Positions 19,301-29,600 of a DNA stretch of 64,000 bases are shown one piece after another (positions within the stretch are counted from its first letter, which is position 1; every line of letters begins with the position of its first letter). Under the pieces are notes generated by a model, which was not told the DNA's origin, ran no database searches, and worked only from the letters and a program-made list of their open reading frames with translations. Made by a program: the position numbers and the translations under genes. The stretch is from an uncultured virus (IMG/VR IMGVR_UViG_3300020578_000012) (lineage: Duplodnaviria > Heunggongvirae > Uroviricota > Caudoviricetes). The DNA lies in the IMG/VR virus record IMGVR_UViG_3300020578_000012. The stretch is one strand, 5' to 3'.

Positions 19301-19680
19301 TTACTAATGTTCAGCTTGCTGGAACAGTCAATGTCAGCGGAACAATAATTACTGGTAACACTGTTGGTGGAAATACAACATACTTTGTTGGAAATGTTGT
19401 TGTGGGAAGCCAAGTTAATGTAAATAATGAAGTTAGAACAGTTACTGTAGTTTCAAATAGCAGTAGTCTAACTGTAAATTCTGCATTCACCAACGCTGCA
19501 ACTAATAAATACATCAATGCCAATAGCGTTCTACTCAAAACTGTATCTTCAATTTCAGGAAATAGTCTCATTGTAAACACAGCTATCTTTGCGAACGTTA
19601 CAAATCTGGTATACCAAATAGTACCTGATTATTCAACTTCAGATTACACTTATAAGATAGTAACTCTTACGTCGGAATAA
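16396..19680 (+). CDS. gp7: Baseplate wedge protein (gp7-like)
   Basis: QLPDFI....PKF..FL..YY.WLE, FY..KGS..S...LFR.LF, LQD...Y..FSY, HPAG. Confidence 0.75.
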   Translation: MSAAEKIVSAFIPSQLPDFIKADNPKFKRFLELYYQWLEQNNPDGISNTAGNTIYHATQISSYRDIDDTPSEFIKYFRDELLPYVPENASLDIRKILKSAREFYSKKGSDESVKWLFRALFNEDIELNYPKEQILITSDGKWKKPKAFRITVSETNKTVDVNLLEKRIVTGKNSGATCFVESANRTVDVDSGREIIEIYISNIKRFFENGEFIIINYVDANGVEKVFSEKIIGTLSNIRVDSNIRTDPQQKRRGLLYNVGDPVVITGGLALTAEAEDAIAIVGNVTIGSIEEVNVVFPGYGYRVYPPNTEVLVLRSIGDDPAANLSTDLRLQALNLSSVSSNSQRTFTENITYSKTVIEFAKDYDIGNANIAVFTLNTKNALLNVTEDDANDDFNNYEQIWANGNNFSDALFTAKIATPNGGDGGPFGSGGAAYTGGLIIYDIANTGALSTVLTGASIYTKNTSKEFVFNSITTYPLPANANAKLIQFFDYETVETGGVALISVINGGFGFRSEPLLDVVSHYDTNLSDNYDYEIEAERNNKRQYWQTFKDLGQVAHVYINNPGIGYSNSDTISFVGRGYGGNASITVNGSGSIINVSILDRGEGHTVRPNCQITTAGGTGASLTAFLFGDGFDYTIETNAIGRVQNLRLLYRGFDYTAVPNTSLKVVDTVITAIPENEGFVEQEYVYQGASFAASTFRANVKSYTRSTNVLRLYDYSGTINTTVPIISANGVTCNVNTSAHVPAPAQYPAAAIASGLVNPMYYGNGRAKANAQFANGLIEFNGFYLNSDGFPSSDKRLQDDTIYHNFSYIVQSEKSLSEFEIPLRNIAHPAGLELLARTVLKSSSSTEAISKSNVDLILPINTASTIVVSNTFSNVVTGTNTAFLVASYKANVGDMFILVDNTNILRTQSKIITAVDSNTSLNVAGDFIYVGQGKLKTNTGNTHFEISSNVNAVSDFVATGDQVRVNITNVQLAGTVNVSGTIITGNTVGGNTTYFVGNVVVGSQVNVNNEVRTVTVVSNSSSLTVNSAFTNAATNKYINANSVLLKTVSSISGNSLIVNTAIFANVTNLVYQIVPDYSTSDYTYKIVTLTSE

Positions 19681-19683
19681 AAC

Positions 19684-21702
19684 ATGAAATCTAGCATCAC
19701 ACCATTATTTGCAAAATTTACAGCTGATGATGTAAAGGATCATTTCTCAGAACATTCTAATGTTTTTATTGGAATTGGTAGATCAGCAGCATTCGGAAAC
19801 ACTTCTTCTAATGTTGATGATGTTGTTTTCACGACAAATAAAATAAATGAGCTCTACAGCAATTTAGTTGGAATTAAGAAAATTGCTGCATCTGATATGC
19901 AAGTTGTTTTAGCCCGTCGAGATTGGGTTTCTGGCATTGCATATGATGCATATAAAGATGATATTGAACTTTACAATTACAACAAATCTACAAACATTGG
20001 TACTGCTAATGCAAATGCCAATACCGTTTTAACTGGCAATGCTAATATTGCAGCATCAAATGTGTTGGTGGGTAATGGCACATCATTCTCCACATTTATT
20101 TTTCCTGGCGATCAAATTGCAGTAAATTTATCAACGAAGACTGTTGTTTCTGTAACAAATAATACACATTTAATCGTCAATAGCGCTTTTGCAAATACTA
20201 ATACAGTTGCAACAATTACGCTCATTGGGAATAGTACAACTGTCGTTGGAAATTCTGCCGCATTTAACTCTACGCTTTCGCCTGGAAATACAATCGTTAT
20301 TGGAAATGATACTCGAGAAGTTGTTTCATTAAGAAGCAATAAAGTTATTTCCTTAAACACCAGTTTAACATACTCAAATTCTAATGTTTCAGTGTTTAGA
20401 AAAGATAATACTTTCCCACTATATGCTAATAATTTTTATGTTAGAAATAGCAGAGATCAAGTATTTAAATGTTTATACAATAATAATTCTGCAACTTCAA
20501 CAGTAGAACCCACAATTGATATTGATGGTCAATTGCCAGAAAATGCATTTATTTTGACTGGCGATGGATATAAGTGGAAATATTTGTATACAATTCCACC
20601 TGGTTTAAAACAAAAATTCTTTACAGATATTTTGATGCCAGTAGCAAATGATGCTGCAGTAATCGCCGCTTCTGAGTCAGGACGCATAGACATTATTAAT
20701 GTTCTTTGGGGTGGATCTGGGTATTTGAGCGGTGGCAATAGTAACACATCGACTATTCTTTCTGTCACAAATACAGATGGCGCTAATGCTAATTTGGTGG
20801 CTAAAGTCTCAAATGGCGAGATTGTGTCTGTATCTATTTTAACTGGCGGAAATAATTATACCAAAGGAACTGTAACTGCAGTTGATACATCAAGGCTTGG
20901 AAATACAACCATAGGTGGTACTGTTAACGCCAGTGGTTTAATTATACTTGCAAATGTTGCTAATACGTCTAATCAGGCATTTACTGGTAATGTGTATAAA
21001 AACGATCTCATTACTATTTCGGGTCAAACGAGAAACGTCGTTACAGTTGATAGTGCAACACAAATAACAGTAAATACTGCATTTACAGGAACACTAAACA
21101 CCGCTATCGCTACAATTCAGCGTTCCGATGCAGTCTTTGATATCGAATTTTCATCACCAGGCGGTCATGGCAGTTTCCCAGCTGAGGAGCTTGGAGCGCG
21201 TAGTTTGATGATAACTGTAGAATTAGAGGGCGAAGAAACTACTGCTAATCCAACTATTCCCCTTTCAGATAATTTAAATACTTTTGATTTTAATCAAATT
21301 TCTTTAATACAAGACCCATTGGTTGCAAATGGGGCTTATGCAGCGAATTTGACCAATTATCGAGTTACAGATAGACTTTTCTTGAGTGATCCAGGTACTA
21401 CAAATTTTATCGATGATGAAACAGTATTCATTGGAACCTCTTTGGCAACAGCCACAATGGTTGCAAATGTGGCTCACTGGGACTCAGCCGATAATTATCT
21501 CGATATAAATAATATAACTGGAACATACTCTCCATCCCAATTAATCAGAGGGGCTGATTCTGGTGCAATTACCACAATATTGGAAATTTCAGAATCACAA
21601 ATTAAGAAGTTTACGGGTGACGTACTCTATATAAGTAACCGTAAAAATGTAACACGCAACGAAAATCAAGTAGAACAAGTAAAAGTTGTTTTAACATTCT
21701 AG
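19684..21702 (+). CDS. gp8: Baseplate wedge protein gp8 with inserted beta modules
   Basis: R.DW.SG..YD.Y, FYV.NS...VFKCL.N, DGYKWKYLYTI, GGHG, NR....R...Q.E..K.V..F. Confidence 0.85.
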   Translation: MKSSITPLFAKFTADDVKDHFSEHSNVFIGIGRSAAFGNTSSNVDDVVFTTNKINELYSNLVGIKKIAASDMQVVLARRDWVSGIAYDAYKDDIELYNYNKSTNIGTANANANTVLTGNANIAASNVLVGNGTSFSTFIFPGDQIAVNLSTKTVVSVTNNTHLIVNSAFANTNTVATITLIGNSTTVVGNSAAFNSTLSPGNTIVIGNDTREVVSLRSNKVISLNTSLTYSNSNVSVFRKDNTFPLYANNFYVRNSRDQVFKCLYNNNSATSTVEPTIDIDGQLPENAFILTGDGYKWKYLYTIPPGLKQKFFTDILMPVANDAAVIAASESGRIDIINVLWGGSGYLSGGNSNTSTILSVTNTDGANANLVAKVSNGEIVSVSILTGGNNYTKGTVTAVDTSRLGNTTIGGTVNASGLIILANVANTSNQAFTGNVYKNDLITISGQTRNVVTVDSATQITVNTAFTGTLNTAIATIQRSDAVFDIEFSSPGGHGSFPAEELGARSLMITVELEGEETTANPTIPLSDNLNTFDFNQISLIQDPLVANGAYAANLTNYRVTDRLFLSDPGTTNFIDDETVFIGTSLATATMVANVAHWDSADNYLDINNITGTYSPSQLIRGADSGAITTILEISESQIKKFTGDVLYISNRKNVTRNENQVEQVKVVLTF

Positions 21703-21712
21703 GTAGAAAAAC

Positions 21713-24700
21713 ATGGAATTTAATGTTGATCCGTATTATGATGATTTTGAGCAAAATGCTAAAGATAATAACTATATGCGCATTATGTTCAAACCTGGAA
21801 AGGCTGTACAGGCACGTGAACTTACGCAAATTCAATCTATTCTACAGAATCAAATCAAACAATTCGGCGATCATATCTTTCAAGATGGATCACCAGTTAT
21901 TGGTGGAAACTTAACTCTAGATAATAAAGTAAAGTACATTAAACTACTTGAGACGTATAATAATCAAGATATTGAAGTTACAAATTTTGTTGGCACAATT
22001 ATTAGAAATAGCACTGGAACGATTCAGGCTAAAGTTCTAGCAACATATTTCCCTGTTGATGGTATACCAACTCTTATGGTAAAATACCTAACAGGAAATG
22101 AGTTTACAGACGGCGATGTCGTCAGAATCATCAATTCTACAACAGAAGCACAATTAGTTGCATCAAATGCTACTGGTACTGGTACAGTTGTGTCCATTAA
22201 CGAAGGTGTGTTCTATGTTGATGGTTATTTCGTGCAAGTTAATGATCAAACTGCAGTTGCATCTGCGTATGGTACATCAGCAAACGTAAAAGTTGGATTA
22301 GAAATAAGCGAGAATATCGTTGACAGCGAAATTGATGCAACTTTATTAGATCCAGCACAAGGATCATTTAACTTCCAAGCTCCTGGCGCCGATCGTTATC
22401 AATTTAATTTAACATTATCAACAAGACCATTAGATACGCAAGTTGACGAATCTAAGTTTTTTGAATTGATGAGATTAGAAAATGGCAGTATTACAAAACA
22501 AGTAAAATATCCTGTTTATGCCGAACTAGAAAAAACATTAGCTCGTAGAACATTTGATGAATCTGGCGACTACACTGTTCTTCCATTCCGCGCATCAGTT
22601 ACAGATAGCGCAAGCGGAAATAATTATATTATTGCAATTGAACCAGGTAAGGCATATGTAAAAGGTTTTGAATTTGAAACATTAGCAACTCTGAAATTAG
22701 AAGCAGAAAAACCAAGAAGCGCTTCTGATATCAAAGCACTTGTTGATACAGATGTTGATTTATCTTACGGTAATTACATATATGTAACTTCTGTTCGCGG
22801 AACAAGTAATGGATTCATAAACATTGCTGGTTTAGAAAAAGTAGACATTCATTTGGCGCAAACCAATAATGTTACTGCAACTGGCACTCATTCCGGAACT
22901 GCAAATGCATTCTTCTATGCTAACACCAGAATTGGTACAGCACGAGTTAGAAACTTTATTCGTTATACCCCAGATTCTTTTGGAGTTGATGCTTCAAATG
23001 TTGACTCAAATGGCGTCTATAAAGTTTATCTCACAGATATCGATATTGAACCATTAACAGTAAAAGTTAATATTGCATCTTCAAATGCAAACACATTACG
23101 ATTCAATGACAAAATGTCTCCGAATACGAATGTCTATAGTAATGTTTCAATCACAGTTTTACCAATTCGACTTGATGCGATTGCTAATGTTAACACAGCA
23201 AATGTGTTTATTAACTCTTATCGTTTAAATGCCAACTCAGCAGTTGCCAACGTCTTTAACTCCAATGTAAATGTTGGTAGTGTAATTCATGTTGGTAACA
23301 TGATTAGACAAGTTGTTTCTGTAAATACAACTGGCGATTTTCTTACTGTTAATACTGCATGGGATAGAACAATTGAAGCAACCAACAATTTATCCAATCC
23401 ATTAGAAGTTTATATTCAAACACCATATCTTCAAAACGTCTCCTCTCAAACTAGAACTATTGAAAGATATGATGGTCCTACTAGAACATTATTTCTAGAT
23501 TCACCATTTAATAATAATGGTATTGCAGATGCTAATAGCGTTATTTCGTTCAACTATAATTTTGAGCATGCTGAGTCTTTGGTAGCAGGTCCAGCTGTTG
23601 GAAATAATTTGGCAAAAGTTGCAAATGCATCAATGAATGTTGCATTGAATTCAAAATATTTGGGTGGTGAAACTGCCGTAGAAGAAAGAATAAAAAATGG
23701 ATTAATCTTTAAATTACCAGGTAATTATATTAAACGTTCTTCTATTAATAATGCAGATTACAACTCAACAAAATTTTTCTCAAACAGATCAAATAATGGG
23801 ACAGCAGGTGTATTTGCTATTGCGCAAGGTTCAGGACTCGAATCTTATGAAACCATTCCTTGGACGGATTCAACAAGCGCAATTCAAGATAATTTAATTT
23901 TAATTGTTAGAAATAATAACGGAAACACATATTTCCCTAATGGATCCATCGTACAATTAACTTCTGCTAATATTGCGATTGGTTCTCCTGCTATCTCATT
24001 AACTGTTAATACAAATGTTCCTGATATAATCAGCGCTGATTTAATAGTAAATGTTAAGCAAAATGATGCAGAAGATTCTATTCGTAATAAGAATTTTATT
24101 TCAAATACAACATTTTCTGCAACGTCAAGTTCATTTACTTACCCAACAGCGATAAACGGAAATACAACAGTTACATTACCAGGTTATGGAATTGTTGCAA
24201 ATATTAATGTTTCTCATGGATTTATTTTCTTAACTGATGCAACTTATAATAGTGTGCGCCCAGGAGATTCTATTGGTCTATTTGTGCCAGATGTTGTAAA
24301 AGTTAATAGAATATTGAAGGGTAACACAACGCATCTGCCAGATGCAAATAATTACACAGATATTACTGATCAATTTTATTGCGATTTCGGTCAACGCGAT
24401 GATATGTATGATCATGCTAAATTGGTTTTAAAAGAGGGATATAATGTTGCTAATGCGAAGATGTTGGTTCATGTTGATTTTTATCAACATGTTTATAACT
24501 CATCCAATACATCATTCTTCTCAATAGACTCATATTCGTTGTCTCAATATGAAAATGGGCTTATACCAATTTATGTTTCTCAAGCAGGGCAATTTTTTAA
24601 TTTACGCGACTGTTTAGACTTCAGACCAACAAGACAACTTGGTAGCGGAACAGGTGCATTTCAAAACCCAAACATAGCTGCGCCAGATGAGATTACTGAA

Positions 24701-26599
24701 CTTTCGCTAGAATATTATCTACCTAGAATCGATAAATTAGTTCTTTCTAAAGATAAAGAATTTAGAATAGTAAAAGGTCGCTCATCACCACAACCTGTTG
24801 CTCCAGCAGATCTAGATGATGCAATGACACTTTATACTATTTCATTGCCGCCATATGTTTCAAATATCAAAGAAATTAAACTAAAATATAAAGACAATAG
24901 AAGATATACTATGAGGGATATCGCTTCTATTGATAAACGTCTGCAAAAAGTTGAATTTTTTACATCATTGAACAATGTTGAGAATCTAGCGCTAGCAGAT
25001 CAAACTGAATATGAGGACGGTACAAAGAAAGAAAAATATGGTCTCATCGGCGAAAATTTCAGGAATTTTAATATTGCTGATTTTAGAAATGTTGACTTTA
25101 GAGTTTCATTGAATAATGGATTTATGTTACCTGCAGTAGCATCATACCCCGTTGGATTGCAGAATATTGGTAATTCATCCACAAAATTAAACAAACGCAC
25201 TGTCAGCTTAAATTACACAGAAACACCTGCAATTACACAAGGTTTGTGTTCCGATAAAGCAGTCTCTATTCAACCATTTTTGTTTGGACAATTTAATGGT
25301 GTTGTTTCTATTGTTCCAGAAAGTGATTATTGGGTAAACGAGCAACTTAAACCAGAAATTATTAGTGTTCCAGAAAGAATTATTGAACATCATCACTTTA
25401 CAAGAGAAGTTGTCAGAGAACCTCCAGCCCCAGTAACAATTCAAAACATTGTGCAAACGACCAATGTTACGAATCAATATATTACTACACCAGGCACAAA
25501 TCCACCTGTACAAAATGTCATTTACAACGTCGTGGTAAATAATCCTCCTCCGCCACCAATTATTGTGCCCCAACCGCAACCACCAGAGCCACCAATACAT
25601 ACTTCGCAACCCGAGCCATGGCCAGAACCGAGGTGGGATGAGCCACCACCATGCCCAGCACCATGGATGAATGTTACACTTTCTGATGGAACAGAAATAA
25701 GTGCAGGTGAATTAAAAGTTGGGATGTTTGTGAGTACAATGCACGAAAATACTCTCGAATGGGGTAAACATGAAGTCACACACGTAGAATCAATACAAGA
25801 TATTGAACGTGTAGAAATTGAATTCGATCATGTGAATTTTGTTTGCTCAAAAGATCACAAGTTCTATGTAAATAATGAGTGGGTGGAAGTTTATAACTTA
25901 AAAGCTGGTGATGTTGTTTACAGTCAGCCAGAAAGTTATGAAATTAAATCTATCAAATCTTATGCAACTGGTGAAGTTGTAAGAATCACCGTGAATGATG
26001 CGCATACTTATATTTGTGAGGGATTATTGTCACATAATAAAATGCCAGCATTCCCACCTCCAGAATTTTTACCACCTGATCCTCCTCCTCCACCACCACC
26101 TCCACCTGTAAATCCTCCGATTCCAGAACCACCACCGATTGTGTATCCACCGCCATTGGATCCACCAATTCCGCCTTACATACCACCACCAGTTGAGGAA
26201 TTACCTCTGCCACCAGTGGTATTACCAGCTCCACCTCCAACTGAACCGAGTACTCCTCCACCATATAAACCAGTGATCGAAATACCATGGATTATACCGC
26301 CAATTACACCAGTCACATTTGGTGGGTTTGATGGCAGCAATTTCTATCCAATAATTATGCCACCATATGATGCACCAACGGCGGCGTTACTGGAGTTGTG
26401 GTCAGTGCCACCAGATATTCCAATCTTCACACAACCAATCACTCTTGGTCCAGCACCTTTGAATGAGATTGATTATTCACAACCTGTCATCGATATTTCT
26501 GATGTTGCTCGCGATGATTACGTTGGCGGTGGCGGTGGTGGTGGCAGCGGTGGGCGCGGTGATTTCGATTTTGGTATGTTCGAATATGCTGTACATTAA
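21713..26599 (+). CDS. VrlC/DUF4815-like large baseplate/fibre-attachment protein, N-terminal part, with Pro-rich tail and Hint domain
   Basis: FNV.PYYDDF, FKPG.AVQARELTQ.QSILQNQI, APGADR, LARRTFDESGDY, YYLPRIDK, RRYTMRDI; Hint domain at 25652-26038. Confidence 0.8.
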   Translation: MEFNVDPYYDDFEQNAKDNNYMRIMFKPGKAVQARELTQIQSILQNQIKQFGDHIFQDGSPVIGGNLTLDNKVKYIKLLETYNNQDIEVTNFVGTIIRNSTGTIQAKVLATYFPVDGIPTLMVKYLTGNEFTDGDVVRIINSTTEAQLVASNATGTGTVVSINEGVFYVDGYFVQVNDQTAVASAYGTSANVKVGLEISENIVDSEIDATLLDPAQGSFNFQAPGADRYQFNLTLSTRPLDTQVDESKFFELMRLENGSITKQVKYPVYAELEKTLARRTFDESGDYTVLPFRASVTDSASGNNYIIAIEPGKAYVKGFEFETLATLKLEAEKPRSASDIKALVDTDVDLSYGNYIYVTSVRGTSNGFINIAGLEKVDIHLAQTNNVTATGTHSGTANAFFYANTRIGTARVRNFIRYTPDSFGVDASNVDSNGVYKVYLTDIDIEPLTVKVNIASSNANTLRFNDKMSPNTNVYSNVSITVLPIRLDAIANVNTANVFINSYRLNANSAVANVFNSNVNVGSVIHVGNMIRQVVSVNTTGDFLTVNTAWDRTIEATNNLSNPLEVYIQTPYLQNVSSQTRTIERYDGPTRTLFLDSPFNNNGIADANSVISFNYNFEHAESLVAGPAVGNNLAKVANASMNVALNSKYLGGETAVEERIKNGLIFKLPGNYIKRSSINNADYNSTKFFSNRSNNGTAGVFAIAQGSGLESYETIPWTDSTSAIQDNLILIVRNNNGNTYFPNGSIVQLTSANIAIGSPAISLTVNTNVPDIISADLIVNVKQNDAEDSIRNKNFISNTTFSATSSSFTYPTAINGNTTVTLPGYGIVANINVSHGFIFLTDATYNSVRPGDSIGLFVPDVVKVNRILKGNTTHLPDANNYTDITDQFYCDFGQRDDMYDHAKLVLKEGYNVANAKMLVHVDFYQHVYNSSNTSFFSIDSYSLSQYENGLIPIYVSQAGQFFNLRDCLDFRPTRQLGSGTGAFQNPNIAAPDEITELSLEYYLPRIDKLVLSKDKEFRIVKGRSSPQPVAPADLDDAMTLYTISLPPYVSNIKEIKLKYKDNRRYTMRDIASIDKRLQKVEFFTSLNNVENLALADQTEYEDGTKKEKYGLIGENFRNFNIADFRNVDFRVSLNNGFMLPAVASYPVGLQNIGNSSTKLNKRTVSLNYTETPAITQGLCSDKAVSIQPFLFGQFNGVVSIVPESDYWVNEQLKPEIISVPERIIEHHHFTREVVREPPAPVTIQNIVQTTNVTNQYITTPGTNPPVQNVIYNVVVNNPPPPPIIVPQPQPPEPPIHTSQPEPWPEPRWDEPPPCPAPWMNVTLSDGTEISAGELKVGMFVSTMHENTLEWGKHEVTHVESIQDIERVEIEFDHVNFVCSKDHKFYVNNEWVEVYNLKAGDVVYSQPESYEIKSIKSYATGEVVRITVNDAHTYICEGLLSHNKMPAFPPPEFLPPDPPPPPPPPPVNPPIPEPPPIVYPPPLDPPIPPYIPPPVEELPLPPVVLPAPPPTEPSTPPPYKPVIEIPWIIPPITPVTFGGFDGSNFYPIIMPPYDAPTAALLELWSVPPDIPIFTQPITLGPAPLNEIDYSQPVIDISDVARDDYVGGGGGGGSGGRGDFDFGMFEYAVH

Positions 26600-26621
26600 A
26601 GATTAATTAGGATAAAAAGAT

Positions 26622-29600
26622 ATGCCTACGACTAATTTCGGAAAAGTTGTTGTTGATACAAATATGATCCCATATATTCGATCGAACGAGGTCGAATTTG
26701 CAGCGCACAACTTAAAACCATTTAAACTATCTAAATTGTTTTTTGATGATATTGGAATTAATATGTTTTGTCAAGCTGCAAATAGAATGCTTCTTGACTC
26801 AAAAAAGGTTATAACTCTTAGCAGAAATAATGCAACTACAGTTACCGCTGATGACATAGTTTACCAAGGCACATCTAATACAGTCAATACATTTAATGGT
26901 ATTGTTGAATCTTTTTATTCTGCCAATTCTACTATAGTTGTTCGTAGATTAGATGGTGATTTTGATAAAGATGCACAATTGTTTATTGAAAATGTCTCTA
27001 CAGGTTTCACATATGCTAACTGTAATGTAACATCTTTTGTAAACAAAGACACGTCTGACGTTTTTTATCCTGGAGAAGGGGTTGTTGCAACAGAAAGAAA
27101 TAATGGTTACGCAACAGTTATTTCAACTTCTGGCGAAAATATTTTATACTTGAATAAAGATTATATCAGTTTGAATGTCACCGCAGTTGGTGCTAATGTT
27201 ATAACGTCTATGACTAACGACTTTAAAGTCGGTGATATTGTTTATCAAACTTTTGTGGGCGGCGCAAGTGGATCAAAGAGATATGATTATGCAACATTTA
27301 GAGGCGTTGTTAAATATTACAACCCACTAGGTGAATCAGGTATGGGATCAATTGCAATTGATCCACTACACGGAAAAATTAATGTAAACGCTGCATCTTC
27401 TTCTTCAAATGGATTAGCGTATCTATGGAATACATCTAATCCAACTGCGCAGCCTCTTGGTGTAAAAGCACTTAATCTTGCAGATTTTGCATCAAATTCT
27501 AATGTTAGAAGCGTAACCAACTCTACAATTAAAATTAATGTAAGTTCTTATGTTCATCGTTCAGGAGTTGGAACAGGAATTCAAGGAGAAAACACTTCTG
27601 TCGTAATTTTAAACTCTGGAAGTGGATTAGCACCAGCAAATGGAAATTTGATTTACTTTGTTGCTGGATCTGGAATCGGCGAAATTCGTAGAGTAGTTGG
27701 TCTTTCAGCTAATAGCGTTCCAGGTGCTTTACAATTAAACAGTGCAATAACATTTGTTCCAGACGCAACAACGCATTATTCAATTGGTAATTTTGAAACA
27801 GATGCTCATGGTTCATTATCTGGTGTTTATCATATTCCTTCAGTTGCTAACTTTAAATTTAAAACTGGCGAACGTATATTTACAATCACAGATACAGATA
27901 CTGTAGCTGATCCAGATTACACCATGAGAGCAGCTGCAATTTATTCTGCTGGTGGTATATTGAAATCTACTCAAAGAATTCAAACAACACCTAATTTGCC
28001 ACCACTACCTGAACTAGATTCTGATGCATTGGTTCGTCCAATGTCGCCAGCGGATAGAACATATAATAGTTCAGTTAATAAATCTCCAGTTACAGGTTCA
28101 ACTGCATCAACAACACCAAGAGTTCCGCTTGGTGATGGATTATCTCAAACATTCTCCACACCAAAACCAGAGGGAAACCAAACAGATTATGGTATCTTCG
28201 TTTCTTCAGTAGATTTGTTCTTTAAGAATAAACCAGCTCCTGGTGGATTTTTCAATAACTCAAAATTACAAAAACGAAGTTCAATGCAACTTCCTGTAAC
28301 AGTTAAAATTGCAGAAGTTCAGAATGGTTACCCAACAAAAAATTATCTTTCGCAAAAAACCATACAAGCAAAAGATGTGAATGTTTCTGATTTACCAAGC
28401 ACATCAAACTCTGCAACACTTACAAAATTTACATTTGATGATCCTGTGTATCTAGAGCCTTCAAGGGAATATGCAATCACTATTCAATCAGATTCGCCTG
28501 ATTATGAGCTGTATATTGCTGAATTGGGGCAGGATGTTTTAGGTGCATCTCCACCAAGAAGAATTTCTGAACAACCATATGCTGGTGTGCTGTTCCGTTC
28601 ACAAAATTCTTCAACATGGTCGCCATATCAAAATCAAGATTTAATGTTTGTAATCAATAAAGCAGTATTTGCGTCAAGCGGAACTGCTACTTTTAATCTT
28701 GATGAAACACCTATGGCTAACACTGATGTTGATAGAATCATGTTGGTTTCTACAGACTTAACATTCCCTGCAGCAAATGTTCAATATAGATTAAAAGGTG
28801 TATACACATCAAATACTGCATATGAAGCAGGAAGCGGTGTTCCTTTAGTTCCGCATAAACCTATAGAATATGGGTTGTTGGGCGATGCATCAGGAAAAAC
28901 TGGTGCAGCATTAAATCGTCGTCGTGTTCTTAGAGGAAATGCAAACAGTTATATTCTAACAACAGAATTGTATACATCAAATCCAAATATATCGCCAGTG
29001 ATTAATTATGATAGACTTGCAGCGCATCTTACAACATTCTACATTAATAATGGTGGATTATCGAATACACTAATATCAATTACAAATCAAGGATCTGGTT
29101 ATAACGCGATTACTAGCACTGCAACAGCAAATGTTCATGGAAGCACGTTAGATTCATTGAACACATATGCACAATTATATCGTGAAACGTATTTGGCTAA
29201 CAGCGCAAATATTGGATTTTACAACATTAATGTGTATGGTGGTGGCGGTGTCGGATGCCTTGGATTCGCAGTAGCGAACACCGAAGGAACTAATACTGTA
29301 GACTACATTGTGTTGGCGTCTGGTGGTGGTAGTTTTGTTGAGACGCCGAATATTTCTATAGCATCTGGTAATGCTACATCGACCACACAAGCCTATGCAA
29401 TCATTAATGGCGAGACTGATCAAAGAGGCGGTAATATGATCGCTAGATATATTACGCGAGAAACAGTTCTTGAAGATGGATTTGAATCTGGTGATTTGAG
29501 AGTGTTTATGGACGTTATTAGACCTGCTATAACTGATGTGCAAGTTTATTATAAGGTAGTTTCTGCGGATGATGTAGAAACAATTTCAGCAAAAAGATGG

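Noticed and set aside
25652..26038. Canonical splicing intein with homing endonuclease
   Set aside because: Only 129 aa, no LAGLIDADG or HNH motifs, and the +1 residue is Lys; reported as a Hint autoprocessing domain instead.
26590..26625. Stop readthrough joining the two VrlC-like ORFs
   Set aside because: The second ORF is in a different frame, has its own AGGA SD, and no slippery heptamer is evident.
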